Shown here piece after piece: positions 8,511 to 17,773 of a DNA stretch of 38,593 bases; within the stretch, counting starts at the first letter, position 1, and the number at the start of each line of letters is the position of its first letter. A program made the translations under genes and the position numbers. This DNA is from Candidatus Woesearchaeota archaeon (GTDB taxonomy: Archaea; Nanobdellota; Nanobdellia; Woesearchaeales; DSVV01): assembly GCA_016935125.1 (NCBI GenBank), contig JAFGRM010000043.1, forward strand, positions 1 to 38,593, given 5' to 3'. The notes beneath the pieces are model-generated. The model was not told where the DNA came from, ran no database searches, and saw only the letters and a program-made list of their open reading frames with translations.

Positions 8511-9623
8511 TTATTTGCGGAACAGTTCCTGGATATCTTTCTTGAACCGAAGAAAGCTGTCCTCTTCGATCGCCTGCCTCATCCTCTCAATAAACCTCTG
8601 CATGAAGTATATGTTATGGTATGTCGCAAGCCTTTTTCCTACACCTTCCTTGTTCTTCAGAAGATGCCTTATGTATGCCCTGCTGAAGTTCTGGCAAGCA
8701 AAACAGCGGCATCCCTCTTCTATCGGGCCAGTGTCTTCTGAATACCTCTTCTGGCCCAGCCTCAACCTGCCTTTGAATGTAAAGAGCGTGCCGTGCCTTG
8801 CATTCCGTGTCGGAAAAGTGCTGTCAAAGCAATCATAGCCCATGGCAACTGTCTCCAACATATCAGCAGGGTTTCCTACGCCCATAACATAATGCGGCTT
8901 CTCTTTTGGAAGAAGAGCAGAAGTCTTCTGTAAAACATCATACATCGACTCGATCGGCTCGCCTATCGCAAGCCCTCCCTGCGCGATCCCGTCAAACCCA
9001 AGCCTTACCATGAACTCTATGCTCTTTTTTCTCATGTCATAGTCAAGCCCTCCCTGTGCAATGCCAAACAGGAGCTGCTTATCTTTCTGGTCGATCTCAT
9101 CATGATGCACCTTGCATCTCCTTGCCCACGAGTGAGTCCTAAGCGTCTTTGAACGCACTTCTCTTATGCTGTCTCCTGCATGAGGTACATCATCAAGGCA
9201 CATCGCAATATCTGACCCGATTGTGTGCTGAACATCCATTGCTTTTTCTGGTGTTATCTCATATGTGATACCATTGAAAGGTGACCTGAAAAATGCAGCT
9301 TGATGCGTGCTTTTCATTATCATATCGTCATCAAGGGACTGGAACCCGCCGCTGTCAGTGAACACCACTTTATCCCAGTTCATGAGCTTATGGATACCTC
9401 CTGCCCTTGATATCAGGTCAAGACCTGGCTGCCATGAGAGGATAAGTGAGTTTGATATGACAGCTTCTGTGCCAATCTTGCCTAAGTCTTCTGAATCAAG
9501 ACACTTTACGCTGCCTTTTGTAGCAACAGGCATATAGAAAGGGGTCTTTATCCTGCCATGCGATGTCTGAAGCTCGCCTACGCGCGCCCCTGTCCTGCTG
9601 TCCTCAGCTAAAATCTTATACAT
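8511..9623 (-). CDS. tgt: Queuine tRNA-ribosyltransferase (bacterial/eukaryotic-type tRNA-guanine(34) transglycosylase)
   Basis: ARVG..TPFYMPVAT, TDSGGFQ, LFGIAQGG, GGLAIGE, YVMGVG, DCFDSTFPTRNARHG, Zn site CRCFAC..H; 370 aa with no PUA domain. Confidence 0.93.
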   Translation of the reverse strand: MYKILAEDSRTGARVGELQTSHGRIKTPFYMPVATKGSVKCLDSEDLGKIGTEAVISNSLILSWQPGLDLISRAGGIHKLMNWDKVVFTDSGGFQSLDDDMIMKSTHQAAFFRSPFNGITYEITPEKAMDVQHTIGSDIAMCLDDVPHAGDSIREVRSKTLRTHSWARRCKVHHDEIDQKDKQLLFGIAQGGLDYDMRKKSIEFMVRLGFDGIAQGGLAIGEPIESMYDVLQKTSALLPKEKPHYVMGVGNPADMLETVAMGYDCFDSTFPTRNARHGTLFTFKGRLRLGQKRYSEDTGPIEEGCRCFACQNFSRAYIRHLLKNKEGVGKRLATYHNIYFMQRFIERMRQAIEEDSFLRFKKDIQELFRK

Positions 9624-9728
9624 AAGAAAGCGGATAAGCGCACCTGATTTATATTTTTCTATTCAGATGCGTTTCTAAAGCTCTTTGCCAATCAACTATA
9701 AGATTTTAAATCTACAATAATTAATCTT

Positions 9729-10571
9729 TCACTTCAATAAGGCCATGCACATTTTCTTATGCCTGCATCCTTTACATTGCATCTTATCATGAGGCCAGAT
9801 CAGGATATTTCCCTGATGCTGCTTTTCAAACAAGAACCTATCATGATATGATCCTACAGCACAGAAGGGAAGCTTTTCAAACAGGATGTCTGGTTTTTTT
9901 GTCCTGCTGTTTAAGATTTCCATTGCCTTTTTTATGTTTTCAACAACAGAACCAAATGGGGGTATGAGTTCATGCCTGTTTTTCATCCTCCCCTGGTCAA
10001 CCAGCCCTGATATCTTGATGCAGCTTGCACCTAAATCGCATAACAATCCAGCAGTCTCTGGCAGATCAACAGTGTTCATGCTTGTAAGGACAATAGTCAC
10101 TGTAAGAGGTATCTCTCTTGCGACCAGGTTCTTGAAGCCTGATATTGTCTGATCAAAACTGCCAGGTGTTTCTGTTATCCTGTCATGGATCTCTTTTCTG
10201 TTGCTGAAAAGAGTGCTCACGACTTCTGCGTTTATTTTCAAGAGCGAATCAGCTATGCATTCTTTTGCATACACCCTTGCATTCGTGTGAATCATACATG
10301 ATATATGCTCTTTTGACAGGTATTCAAGAACTGAAAGCATATTGCTGTTAAGATAAGGCTCTCCGCCATAGATAACTATTCTTTTCCTGCCATCCCTTGT
10401 AAGGTTGCAGATCTCAGCTTTTATCTCAGCCATGCTCTTTGAGATGTCAAGACCTGGCACTTTGTCCTGACAAATTATACAATTATTGTTACATCTGTTT
10501 GTAAGCCAGAGAATGTCATTTGATCTGAAAAAATCATCCTTCATATCCTGTTTATCATGCATATCCTGCAC
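9729..10571 (-). CDS. Radical SAM protein with C-terminal Cys cluster (HxsC/SPASM-twitch-like)
   Basis: CNNNCIIC motif, YGGEP, HTNAR, HDRIT..PGSF, LPFC, C-terminal CKGC..C. Start uncertain (GTG 10571 or a downstream ATG). Confidence 0.85.
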   Translation of the reverse strand: MQDMHDKQDMKDDFFRSNDILWLTNRCNNNCIICQDKVPGLDISKSMAEIKAEICNLTRDGRKRIVIYGGEPYLNSNMLSVLEYLSKEHISCMIHTNARVYAKECIADSLLKINAEVVSTLFSNRKEIHDRITETPGSFDQTISGFKNLVAREIPLTVTIVLTSMNTVDLPETAGLLCDLGASCIKISGLVDQGRMKNRHELIPPFGSVVENIKKAMEILNSRTKKPDILFEKLPFCAVGSYHDRFLFEKQHQGNILIWPHDKMQCKGCRHKKMCMALLK

Positions 10572-10738
10572 ATAATTGTTCAGATATATAAAACATACTT
10601 ATGATTTATATGAAACAAATTGATGATTAACATAAAACATACTGACTATCCCCCAGCCGACTGATCATGGTAAATCAATCATGGACAATCAATCCTACAG
10701 AAATACAAAATAGCCATTACACAATTTTCCAAAACCTA

Positions 10739-10746
10739 TTTAAATA
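10739..10746 (+). promoter_or_regulatory. Archaeal TATA box TTTAAATA about 23 nt upstream of asnS (probably leaderless)
   Basis: TATA consensus with A-rich BRE-like sequence upstream; no RBS before ATG 10769. Confidence 0.55.
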
Positions 10747-10768
10747 ATACAATAAATCCAGATCTTGC

Positions 10769-12070
10769 ATGGCTGAACAATATCTCTCAATAAAAAAAGC
10801 GACTGAAAGGGAAGGAAGCATTGTATCTGTCCGCGGCTGGATACACAGGGAGCGCGGCTCAAAAAAGCTGAGGTTCATAGTCTTAAGGGACGTTACTGGG
10901 ATAATCCAGTGCGTAATCGAAAAGAGCATTGTCGGAGAAGATAAATTTGCTGCGATAGAAAAGCTTCAGGTCGAGGCATCGGTCTCTGTTACAGGAAAGA
11001 TAAAAAAGGACGAGAGGGCGCCTGGCGGATATGAGATATCTGTAACATGCTTTGAGATCATAGGGAACTCTGACACATTTCCAATAACAAAAGACCAGTC
11101 TGCTGAGTTCCTTTCTGACATGAGGCACCTGTGGATAAGGTCAAGAAGGATGCAGGCAATACTCAAGATAAGGTCGACAGTATTCGGAGCCATACATGAT
11201 TATTACAGGAAGCTCGGGTTCTATGAGTTCCAGTCGCCGATATTCCAGGCCACGCAATGTGAAGGCGGATCAGACCTGTTCGAGGTCAAATACTTTGACA
11301 GGATAACATACCTTGCGCAGACCTGGCAGCTCTATGCAGAAGCAGGGATATTCTCTCTTGAGAAGATATACTGCATAGCACCGTCGTTTAGGGCAGAGAG
11401 ATCCAGGACAACAAGGCACCTTACTGAATACTGGCATGCTGAGATGGAGGCTGCCTGGTTCAGTTTTGAGGATATGATCGATAACGGTGAAGGCCTGATC
11501 AAACATATTGTAAAGGCTGTGCTCGACAATAACAGCGAAGAGCTTGATCTCCTTGAGAGGGACACAGGCAAGCTTACGCCCACGATCGAAAAGCCATTTG
11601 TCAGGATGAGATATGACGATGCAATAAATATTCTCAATGAGAGATGCGATATGAAGATAAAATGGGGCAAGGACCTGAGGACAATAGAAGAGGACAAGCT
11701 CACAAGGCTCTATGACGTGCCGATCATAGTCACGCATTACCCTAAATCTGTCAAGGCGTTCTATATGCAGGAGGATTCCAAAAACCCGGATGTTGTACTT
11801 GGCTGCGATTTTCTCGCTCCAGAAGGATACGGCGAGATCATAGGCGGCTCGCAGAGGGAAGCTGACAACTCAAGCATCATCCGAAGGCTAAAAGAGCAGG
11901 GAGAAGACCCAAAAAACTATGAGTATTACCTTGACACAAGGCGATACGGCTCAGTCCCTCATTCTGGATTCGGCTGCGGTGTTGAGCGAGTCATAACCTG
12001 GATATGCGGAATCGACAATATCCGTGATTCAATACCTTTCCCAAGGACAATGCTTAGGACCAGGCCATAA
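10769..12070 (+). CDS. asnS: Asparagine--tRNA ligase
   Basis: OB-fold VRGW..LRDVTG.IQ, RHLWIRS, EGGSDLF, YLAQTWQLY, PSFRAERSRTTRHLTEYWHAEME, PEGYGEIIGGSQRE, RRYGSVPHSGFG.GVER. Confidence 0.93.
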   Translation: MAEQYLSIKKATEREGSIVSVRGWIHRERGSKKLRFIVLRDVTGIIQCVIEKSIVGEDKFAAIEKLQVEASVSVTGKIKKDERAPGGYEISVTCFEIIGNSDTFPITKDQSAEFLSDMRHLWIRSRRMQAILKIRSTVFGAIHDYYRKLGFYEFQSPIFQATQCEGGSDLFEVKYFDRITYLAQTWQLYAEAGIFSLEKIYCIAPSFRAERSRTTRHLTEYWHAEMEAAWFSFEDMIDNGEGLIKHIVKAVLDNNSEELDLLERDTGKLTPTIEKPFVRMRYDDAINILNERCDMKIKWGKDLRTIEEDKLTRLYDVPIIVTHYPKSVKAFYMQEDSKNPDVVLGCDFLAPEGYGEIIGGSQREADNSSIIRRLKEQGEDPKNYEYYLDTRRYGSVPHSGFGCGVERVITWICGIDNIRDSIPFPRTMLRTRP

Positions 12071-12223
12071 ACCACAAAACCGGCCAGATGCAGTAAAAAA
12101 GAGAATAAGAACATATCTTTTTCCATGCACCTGTAACATCACTAGACTTCTATTGGCATACAGGCAATAAATGCCCTATAACATATACTGCAACAGTTGC
12201 CGCTGTATACATGTCCTGTCCAC

Positions 12224-14824
12224 CTATATCGTAAGGACAAAGTTTGTATTGGTATTGTTGCTCTTGTCCTTGCACGCAAAATAGAGCTCGCTTGGCCCTG
12301 AACTAACATTTACTTCAGCAGAGCATGGGTAAGAGCCAAGCGGGTAGCCGACATTATAGATCACGTCTGACTCAGCTGCTGAACAGTTGATCTCAAGCAT
12401 GTCATCGTATACAACATTAGAAAATGCATATCTGCATGAGCTGAATGGCTCATTAACAAGTATCCCGAACGTGTTTAGATTATCCCTAAGGATCATAGGA
12501 GGCTTTATGATATCAAGGATCTCTGGTGGGATATTGTCAGATGCTGGCGCATCCATATTGAATATGAGGATAGACTCCTCATCATTAGAGAAGCCTGAAC
12601 TGTCATAACACTTGACAAAGACCAGGAGATAGTCCATGGCAGTAAAGTTTACCGAAGGAAGCCTCATCGTCACATCGTATTCTGTCTTATAGCTGTAATC
12701 ATTCAACATTATCTCAGGCAGGGATATTGGCAGTGATGTCCCGCCTGTGCCATATCCAGGAGGATACATGCTGAGCTTGCATCTTGTCGGCTTGCTTGTC
12801 TCGATGACAAAACTTATCGGCTGATATGGATGGAGCCTGGGCGTGATGTTGTATTCTGTCCCTCCGTAATAATCATTGTAGCCTTCTATATAATCATAAC
12901 CGCTCTGGATCTCTTTGAGGTATACCTCTGGCAGGTCAAAAGCGCTGATGCTATCCAGAGTGCATTCCCCATCTGAATAGACGCAATTCCTCCCAAGGCT
13001 CCTGCATTTGTATTCTGTACATGGATGGACAAGCGATGCACTGCAAAGACTGCACATGTTCACTGTCGGTGCAAGCCATTGGTCGCATATCGCATCGCCT
13101 GAGCCTGCGCCATGAGGGATATTTGCTGAGCTCTCTATGTTGGTATTTGTGATGTCAGCATGCAGGACAAACTCATCTCCTCTTTTTACATAACCATCAT
13201 CCCAGTATGCCCAAAACTCTGGAGTGATGTCCTGGTTATAATAGCCTAGTGTTGTCAGCTCATCAGCTATATTCCTATAATTGCCGCAATCACCGCTTCT
13301 CTGGCAATAGAGCAACGCAGAATGCCCCCAACTTACCGGGAAATTATTGCCATAAAAGTCCTTGGTCATGCTTGCGACATTGCATATATCTTTAGCATCA
13401 TCCTCCCAGAACTTGAATCCAGGAGAGACTGTAGGATGGCATTTCATCTCTGTCCAGATATAGTCTGCCCATGAGCAGTCGCGGACAAGGGTATCCTCGC
13501 AGTCACTCTGTGTGGTCTGTTCATTGCAGTCATACCACCGGTTCAGCCTGCAGCCTGACACCCTGTAGTATTTCCCGAACTCTTCAGCTGAATCCTCTGC
13601 ACACAGCTCTTCACGATAATCACGGCACTCTTCAACGTATTCTACCCCATTTATGCAAGAATGGAGATAATGCCTTGAGCCCACATAATCCTTGCCGTTG
13701 CCGACCATGCTCTCATAACTGCACCACGAATCTCCGTGCTTTCTCGAGCCGCCTGTGTAATTGTTGTCTACATAATCATAGACATTGCTGCAGTCCAGGT
13801 TTATGCAATGCGCATTCAGGCATCTCAGGTCATCCTTATGGAACACACCGCCCATTGCCAGGCAATCGTTTTCAGTTGTCAGCTGGCAGTTATAGTTGTT
13901 CTCACAGCAGCCTTCAACAGTCGGCTCGATGTATTTTTCGCATGTGCAGGCTGCAGAATCAACGTATCTGTTCGGGCTTTTGCACAAGGACTTCTCAACA
14001 TTCTTGAAGCACAGCCCGTCTTCTCTGATACAGCAGCCGCCCTGCTTGTACCTGATAACCTCTTTTCCGACTGTATCTACACCCTTGATCGCAAAATTGA
14101 AAACAAGCATCCTCCTGAAATCAGGAAGGTAGTGCTTCAGCTCGTAGATCGTGTCAGGGTAGGGCTTATGCTTCTCGACCATTATGCAGCCGCCCTGCTC
14201 AAGCATGAAATCCTCCTTGTTGAAGTAGCCATCTGAGGCTTCAGCATTGACAATGTCAATGGACGCGGCATAGAGCCTTCCGAGAGGGATTGCGATGCTC
14301 GCTGAAAAATCCTTGACATTCTTGACAGATTCTCCGCGTTCAAGCCCTATAGGGTAACTTAGCCTTATAAACACAGAATTGTTGCCAACTGTAAAATCCG
14401 CCTCTGGCTCGCCCTTTGTCACCTTAAAGCCCTGCTCCTGGTATGGGTCCAGGTTGGTACACAGCTTTATCCTCTCTTCAAATTCCTCTTCTAGCTCAGC
14501 CTCGATCTCATCCCTTGACAGCATGTTGTTGCGGTAACCAAAACCACTCTCATAATAGGCTAATATGTTCAGCCGGGTATTATCATAAGAAACATTTGAG
14601 TCTGGCTTAAGGCTTCCGCCTTTCTCTGCTATCTCAAAGATAAGCGGCTCTGCAACCTGGGTTATGCATGTCTGCACAAAATCTGTTATTGTGTCCGCAC
14701 CTTCAACATCAGAAGGGATATCAGTGTCCTGCGTGCTTGTGAACAGGTAATAGCCAAATGCAACTGCAGCAATAAGGGCTATCCCTAATACGATAAACAA
14801 AGTAATCTGACCCCTTTTTGACAT
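12224..14824 (-). CDS. Large Cys-rich surface protein with class III (prepilin-like) signal peptide
   Basis: MSKRG|QITLFIVLGIALIA; many Cys including GCC repeats; C-terminal Ig-like repeats; TTTAAATA upstream on the minus strand. Confidence 0.85.
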   Translation of the reverse strand: MSKRGQITLFIVLGIALIAAVAFGYYLFTSTQDTDIPSDVEGADTITDFVQTCITQVAEPLIFEIAEKGGSLKPDSNVSYDNTRLNILAYYESGFGYRNNMLSRDEIEAELEEEFEERIKLCTNLDPYQEQGFKVTKGEPEADFTVGNNSVFIRLSYPIGLERGESVKNVKDFSASIAIPLGRLYAASIDIVNAEASDGYFNKEDFMLEQGGCIMVEKHKPYPDTIYELKHYLPDFRRMLVFNFAIKGVDTVGKEVIRYKQGGCCIREDGLCFKNVEKSLCKSPNRYVDSAACTCEKYIEPTVEGCCENNYNCQLTTENDCLAMGGVFHKDDLRCLNAHCINLDCSNVYDYVDNNYTGGSRKHGDSWCSYESMVGNGKDYVGSRHYLHSCINGVEYVEECRDYREELCAEDSAEEFGKYYRVSGCRLNRWYDCNEQTTQSDCEDTLVRDCSWADYIWTEMKCHPTVSPGFKFWEDDAKDICNVASMTKDFYGNNFPVSWGHSALLYCQRSGDCGNYRNIADELTTLGYYNQDITPEFWAYWDDGYVKRGDEFVLHADITNTNIESSANIPHGAGSGDAICDQWLAPTVNMCSLCSASLVHPCTEYKCRSLGRNCVYSDGECTLDSISAFDLPEVYLKEIQSGYDYIEGYNDYYGGTEYNITPRLHPYQPISFVIETSKPTRCKLSMYPPGYGTGGTSLPISLPEIMLNDYSYKTEYDVTMRLPSVNFTAMDYLLVFVKCYDSSGFSNDEESILIFNMDAPASDNIPPEILDIIKPPMILRDNLNTFGILVNEPFSSCRYAFSNVVYDDMLEINCSAAESDVIYNVGYPLGSYPCSAEVNVSSGPSELYFACKDKSNNTNTNFVLTI

Positions 14825-14962
14825 TCTGCAGATAATTTTAGCTATTATCCTATTTAAAGCTATCTAAAAGAGGATGATGCCCTCTTAAAAGAATATGAAG
14901 CTCCCTTAAAAGAGGATGAAGCAAGCTGGCATATGATAAAGCCACAACCTGCAGCAGAAAAA

Positions 14963-15013
14963 GCATGACCGATAATTTTAAGCATGACCGATAATTTTAA
15001 ATATCTGTTGTCA
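14963..15013 (+). promoter_or_regulatory. Duplicated BRE/TATA-like block ATGACCGATAATTTTAAATATCTGTTGTCACAA (partial tandem copy here, full second copy at 15529-15561)
   Basis: The same block lies upstream of both lipoprotein paralogs and contains CCGATAA plus TTTAAATA. Confidence 0.6.
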
Positions 15014-15112
15014 CAAGAAGATAGATATGAAGATAGGTATAAAAAAGAAAATGACAGATATGAGTATGAAAAAAATATGATGGATATGGATATGAAAAAG
15101 AAAATGGTGGAT

Positions 15113-15418
15113 ATGAAAAATACAAAGAGAACATATGTTCTGGCAACGCTTGCCATTCTTACTGCTGTTCTTATCATCTCTACTGCATGTGATGACGAAA
15201 AACAAAGGATAGACCAAAATAATAACGATCAGCTCGAGACAAGTGCCAGGATAGAGATGGAAGAAAGCCTCAGGAAGGATAATTACACATACCAATCATG
15301 CATCGACTATGGTGGTGTGTGGGATGAAGCCACATTACGTTGCGAATTTGAGACAAATACAACCACTGCAAGTAATGAAATGTTTTATGGCGGCGGTGAT
15401 GGATATGGTGACAATTAG
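15113..15418 (+). CDS. Putative lipoprotein, paralog 1
   Basis: RBS GGTGG; MKNTKRTYVLATLAILTAVLIISTA|C lipobox-like site; SCIDYGGVW motif. The track start (14984) lies in the promoter block. Confidence 0.75.
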   Translation: MKNTKRTYVLATLAILTAVLIISTACDDEKQRIDQNNNDQLETSARIEMEESLRKDNYTYQSCIDYGGVWDEATLRCEFETNTTTASNEMFYGGGDGYGDN

Positions 15419-15612
15419 TGATTCCTCTTGAGAAGAAGGAGAAGGTAGTTCAGGTGAAGGTGGTGTCAGCTGTTAGGCTCTCAGCCAAATTACTCTTGCC
15501 CGAACTCAAGATTTCAAAAGTTTCCTAAATGACCGATAATTTTAAATATCTGTTGTCACAAAAGATAGATATCAAAACAGATATAAAAGGTATGAAAAAA
15601 AATAAGGTGGAT

Positions 15613-16506
15613 ATGAATATGAAAAAGAACATGGCAGATATGAAAAATACAAAGAGAACATATGTTCTGGCAATGGCTGTTATGGTTGCCGCCCTTCTAA
15701 TAATAACTACAGGATGCGATGAAGAGAAGGAAAAGATAGATGCAGACAACAACAAGCAGCTGAATACAGATTCTCAAAACGAACTATTCAGTGCCCTTAG
15801 GGAGGCTGAAACTACTGCATTATCACAGGAATCATGCCTTGATATGGGGGGGGTATGGAATCCAAACGCTACCCCTCACTGCGATGTCCAGTCAAATATA
15901 GAAACTGGCTTGAGCTGCTCTTATGTGGAATCTCCACAGCCAGAATACTGCTACAGGGCATACTCTGGCGAAGCTATCCAGTGCTTTTACAAGGGAAAAA
16001 CTGATTCAGACAACCTCTGCAGAAATGGTTACATATGCGGCCCAGGCAAGATGATGAGCATGAAGATCGCAAAAACAGAGGATGAAGAAGAATACACTTA
16101 CCCTGGCGGATCTCAATCCAACACATTTGACCCGGAGTATTATCAGGTCTGCCAGGCACAGATGGGCGGCTGCCAGGGGCTCTCACATGCTGAATGCGAA
16201 GAGTCGATAGAATGCTTCCTAGAGATCATACAAGAAGGCGACCAGAAGTATTATACATGCAAGCCTGAGACAATAAACGACGGCTGCCACCACATAAGCA
16301 AGGCAGCATGCGAAGAGTCGACAGAATGCTTCCTGGAGATGATAGAGCTAGATGGAAAAGCCTCTTTCACATGCAAGCCTGAGACAATAAACGACGGCTG
16401 CCACCATATGGGCAAGGCAGCATGCGAAGCCTCAGAAAACTGCTCTATCGAAAGGACAGTTAACACAGAAAAAGGCGAAATCAAGGAAAAGTGCGTGCCT
16501 AACTAA
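15613..16506 (+). CDS. Putative Cys-rich lipoprotein, paralog 2, with C-terminal repeats of about 38 aa
   Basis: RBS AGGTGG (alternative ATG 15640); ITTG|C lipobox-like site; SCLDMGGVW; repeats GC....A.CEES.ECFLE......CKPETIND. Confidence 0.8.
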   Translation: MNMKKNMADMKNTKRTYVLAMAVMVAALLIITTGCDEEKEKIDADNNKQLNTDSQNELFSALREAETTALSQESCLDMGGVWNPNATPHCDVQSNIETGLSCSYVESPQPEYCYRAYSGEAIQCFYKGKTDSDNLCRNGYICGPGKMMSMKIAKTEDEEEYTYPGGSQSNTFDPEYYQVCQAQMGGCQGLSHAECEESIECFLEIIQEGDQKYYTCKPETINDGCHHISKAACEESTECFLEMIELDGKASFTCKPETINDGCHHMGKAACEASENCSIERTVNTEKGEIKEKCVPN

Positions 16507-16549
16507 GAACTACTAAGAACTGTAACTGTTGATAGTCTCAGCATCACAG

Positions 16550-17773
16550 TCAACTAAGACCATAGTAATCGTCAAGCACTAGAACATCTATATCTTCTGT
16601 TTCCTTTGCTATATACAGCTTTCCTTCGCCTATCTCAGTTATCTTCTCAGCAAGCTCTGCGCCCTTGTTGTCCAGGTTTATACCTATGAGCGATATTGTT
16701 ATCCCTGCTGCCTTTGCGACTGATGCTGCCTTAAGGGTGTCCTCCTGTGGATTCTCACCGACTGTTGGCAGCGCATCTGTAAGAAGTATCAGGTGTTTTG
16801 CTGAATCATCATCTGGGAATAGCTCGATGGAGCTCTTGATCGTCGCTGCGATATCTGTCTCGTTTGATGCACGTATCCTGGATATCTCAGAGAGAAGCAT
16901 CGGAAAATCAGCTGACGGCATGATCCTTGTCCTGACATCCTTGCCGAACACGATAAGCCCTACCTTGTCCTTTTCCTCTATCGCCTTAAACGCAAGAGCG
17001 ACACCTGCTCTCTTGCAGTTCTCGATCTTTTTCCCTTTCATAGAGCCAGATGAATCAACTGCATATATAACATTGACCCTGCCTTTTGACATATGGGTAT
17101 AAGACCTAAAGTCTATCGCTGATGCCTTGCCGTGCCCCCTGCGAAGCGCTGTCTTAATAGTCATCCTCACTGCAAAATCCCTGTATGAATCATCTTTCTT
17201 GTATGGCCTTATCTCCTGCTTTTCTCCATACGAGTTCTTCTTCTTATGCAACTTCTCTCCAATAAGGCCTTTTGGGGCAAGCCTGTTAAGCTCTTCAGAA
17301 TAAAGCACGATCGATGCCAGCTCATAGCCCTTCTCTGTCAAAGACATGCTCTTGTCGATGAGCTTCCTCTCTTTCATGCCCTCTATGCGCTCTGCAATCC
17401 TCTTCTTCAGCTCGCGCTGGAACTCAGGGATGCTAACATTCTTTTCAATATAATCAGGGTCATAACCAAAAAGCGCCCGGATGATCTTTTCGCCGTATAT
17501 ATGCTTTGCCATAGAATAATCCTTGACAAGCTTTTCAAACATCATGTCTGGCGTAAAAGAGCTGAACCCTGAATTGATCGCATCGTTTAATAGCTTTCCG
17601 TCATCTATAGTCTGCTTGTCGTTTTCCAGAACTGAATTCATAAGCTTGTCCTGCTCAGATTGCTTGTCAAGCTTGCCTGTAAGCTCTTCAGCTGAAGAGA
17701 GCTTCTCCTTTTTTAGGTCTAGCTTTTCTTGGGATAGATCCCTGCTACCGGCAACCACCCTGCTCCTCATCAT
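16550..17773 (-). CDS. vWA (MIDAS) domain protein, ChlD/BchD-like
   Basis: IYAVDSSGSM (DxSxS), ETDIA, LILLTDA. Start uncertain; overlaps the AAA+ gene. Confidence 0.88.
   Translation of the reverse strand: MMRSRVVAGSRDLSQEKLDLKKEKLSSAEELTGKLDKQSEQDKLMNSVLENDKQTIDDGKLLNDAINSGFSSFTPDMMFEKLVKDYSMAKHIYGEKIIRALFGYDPDYIEKNVSIPEFQRELKKRIAERIEGMKERKLIDKSMSLTEKGYELASIVLYSEELNRLAPKGLIGEKLHKKKNSYGEKQEIRPYKKDDSYRDFAVRMTIKTALRRGHGKASAIDFRSYTHMSKGRVNVIYAVDSSGSMKGKKIENCKRAGVALAFKAIEEKDKVGLIVFGKDVRTRIMPSADFPMLLSEISRIRASNETDIAATIKSSIELFPDDDSAKHLILLTDALPTVGENPQEDTLKAASVAKAAGITISLIGINLDNKGAELAEKITEIGEGKLYIAKETEDIDVLVLDDYYGLS

Noticed and set aside
10769-12070. Aspartyl-tRNA synthetase call
   Set aside because: YLAQTWQLY, PEGYGEIIGGSQRE and RRYGSVPHSGFG fit AsnRS better.
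14984-15112. ORF-track N-terminus MTDNFKYLLSQ shared by two ORFs (also 15529)
   Set aside because: The DNA is a BRE/TATA block; better starts with RBS and signal peptide lie downstream.
16165-16500. Possible DGR template/variable repeat pair
   Set aside because: The repeats are in-frame protein repeats within one gene, mismatches are not adenine-restricted, and no reverse transcriptase is present.
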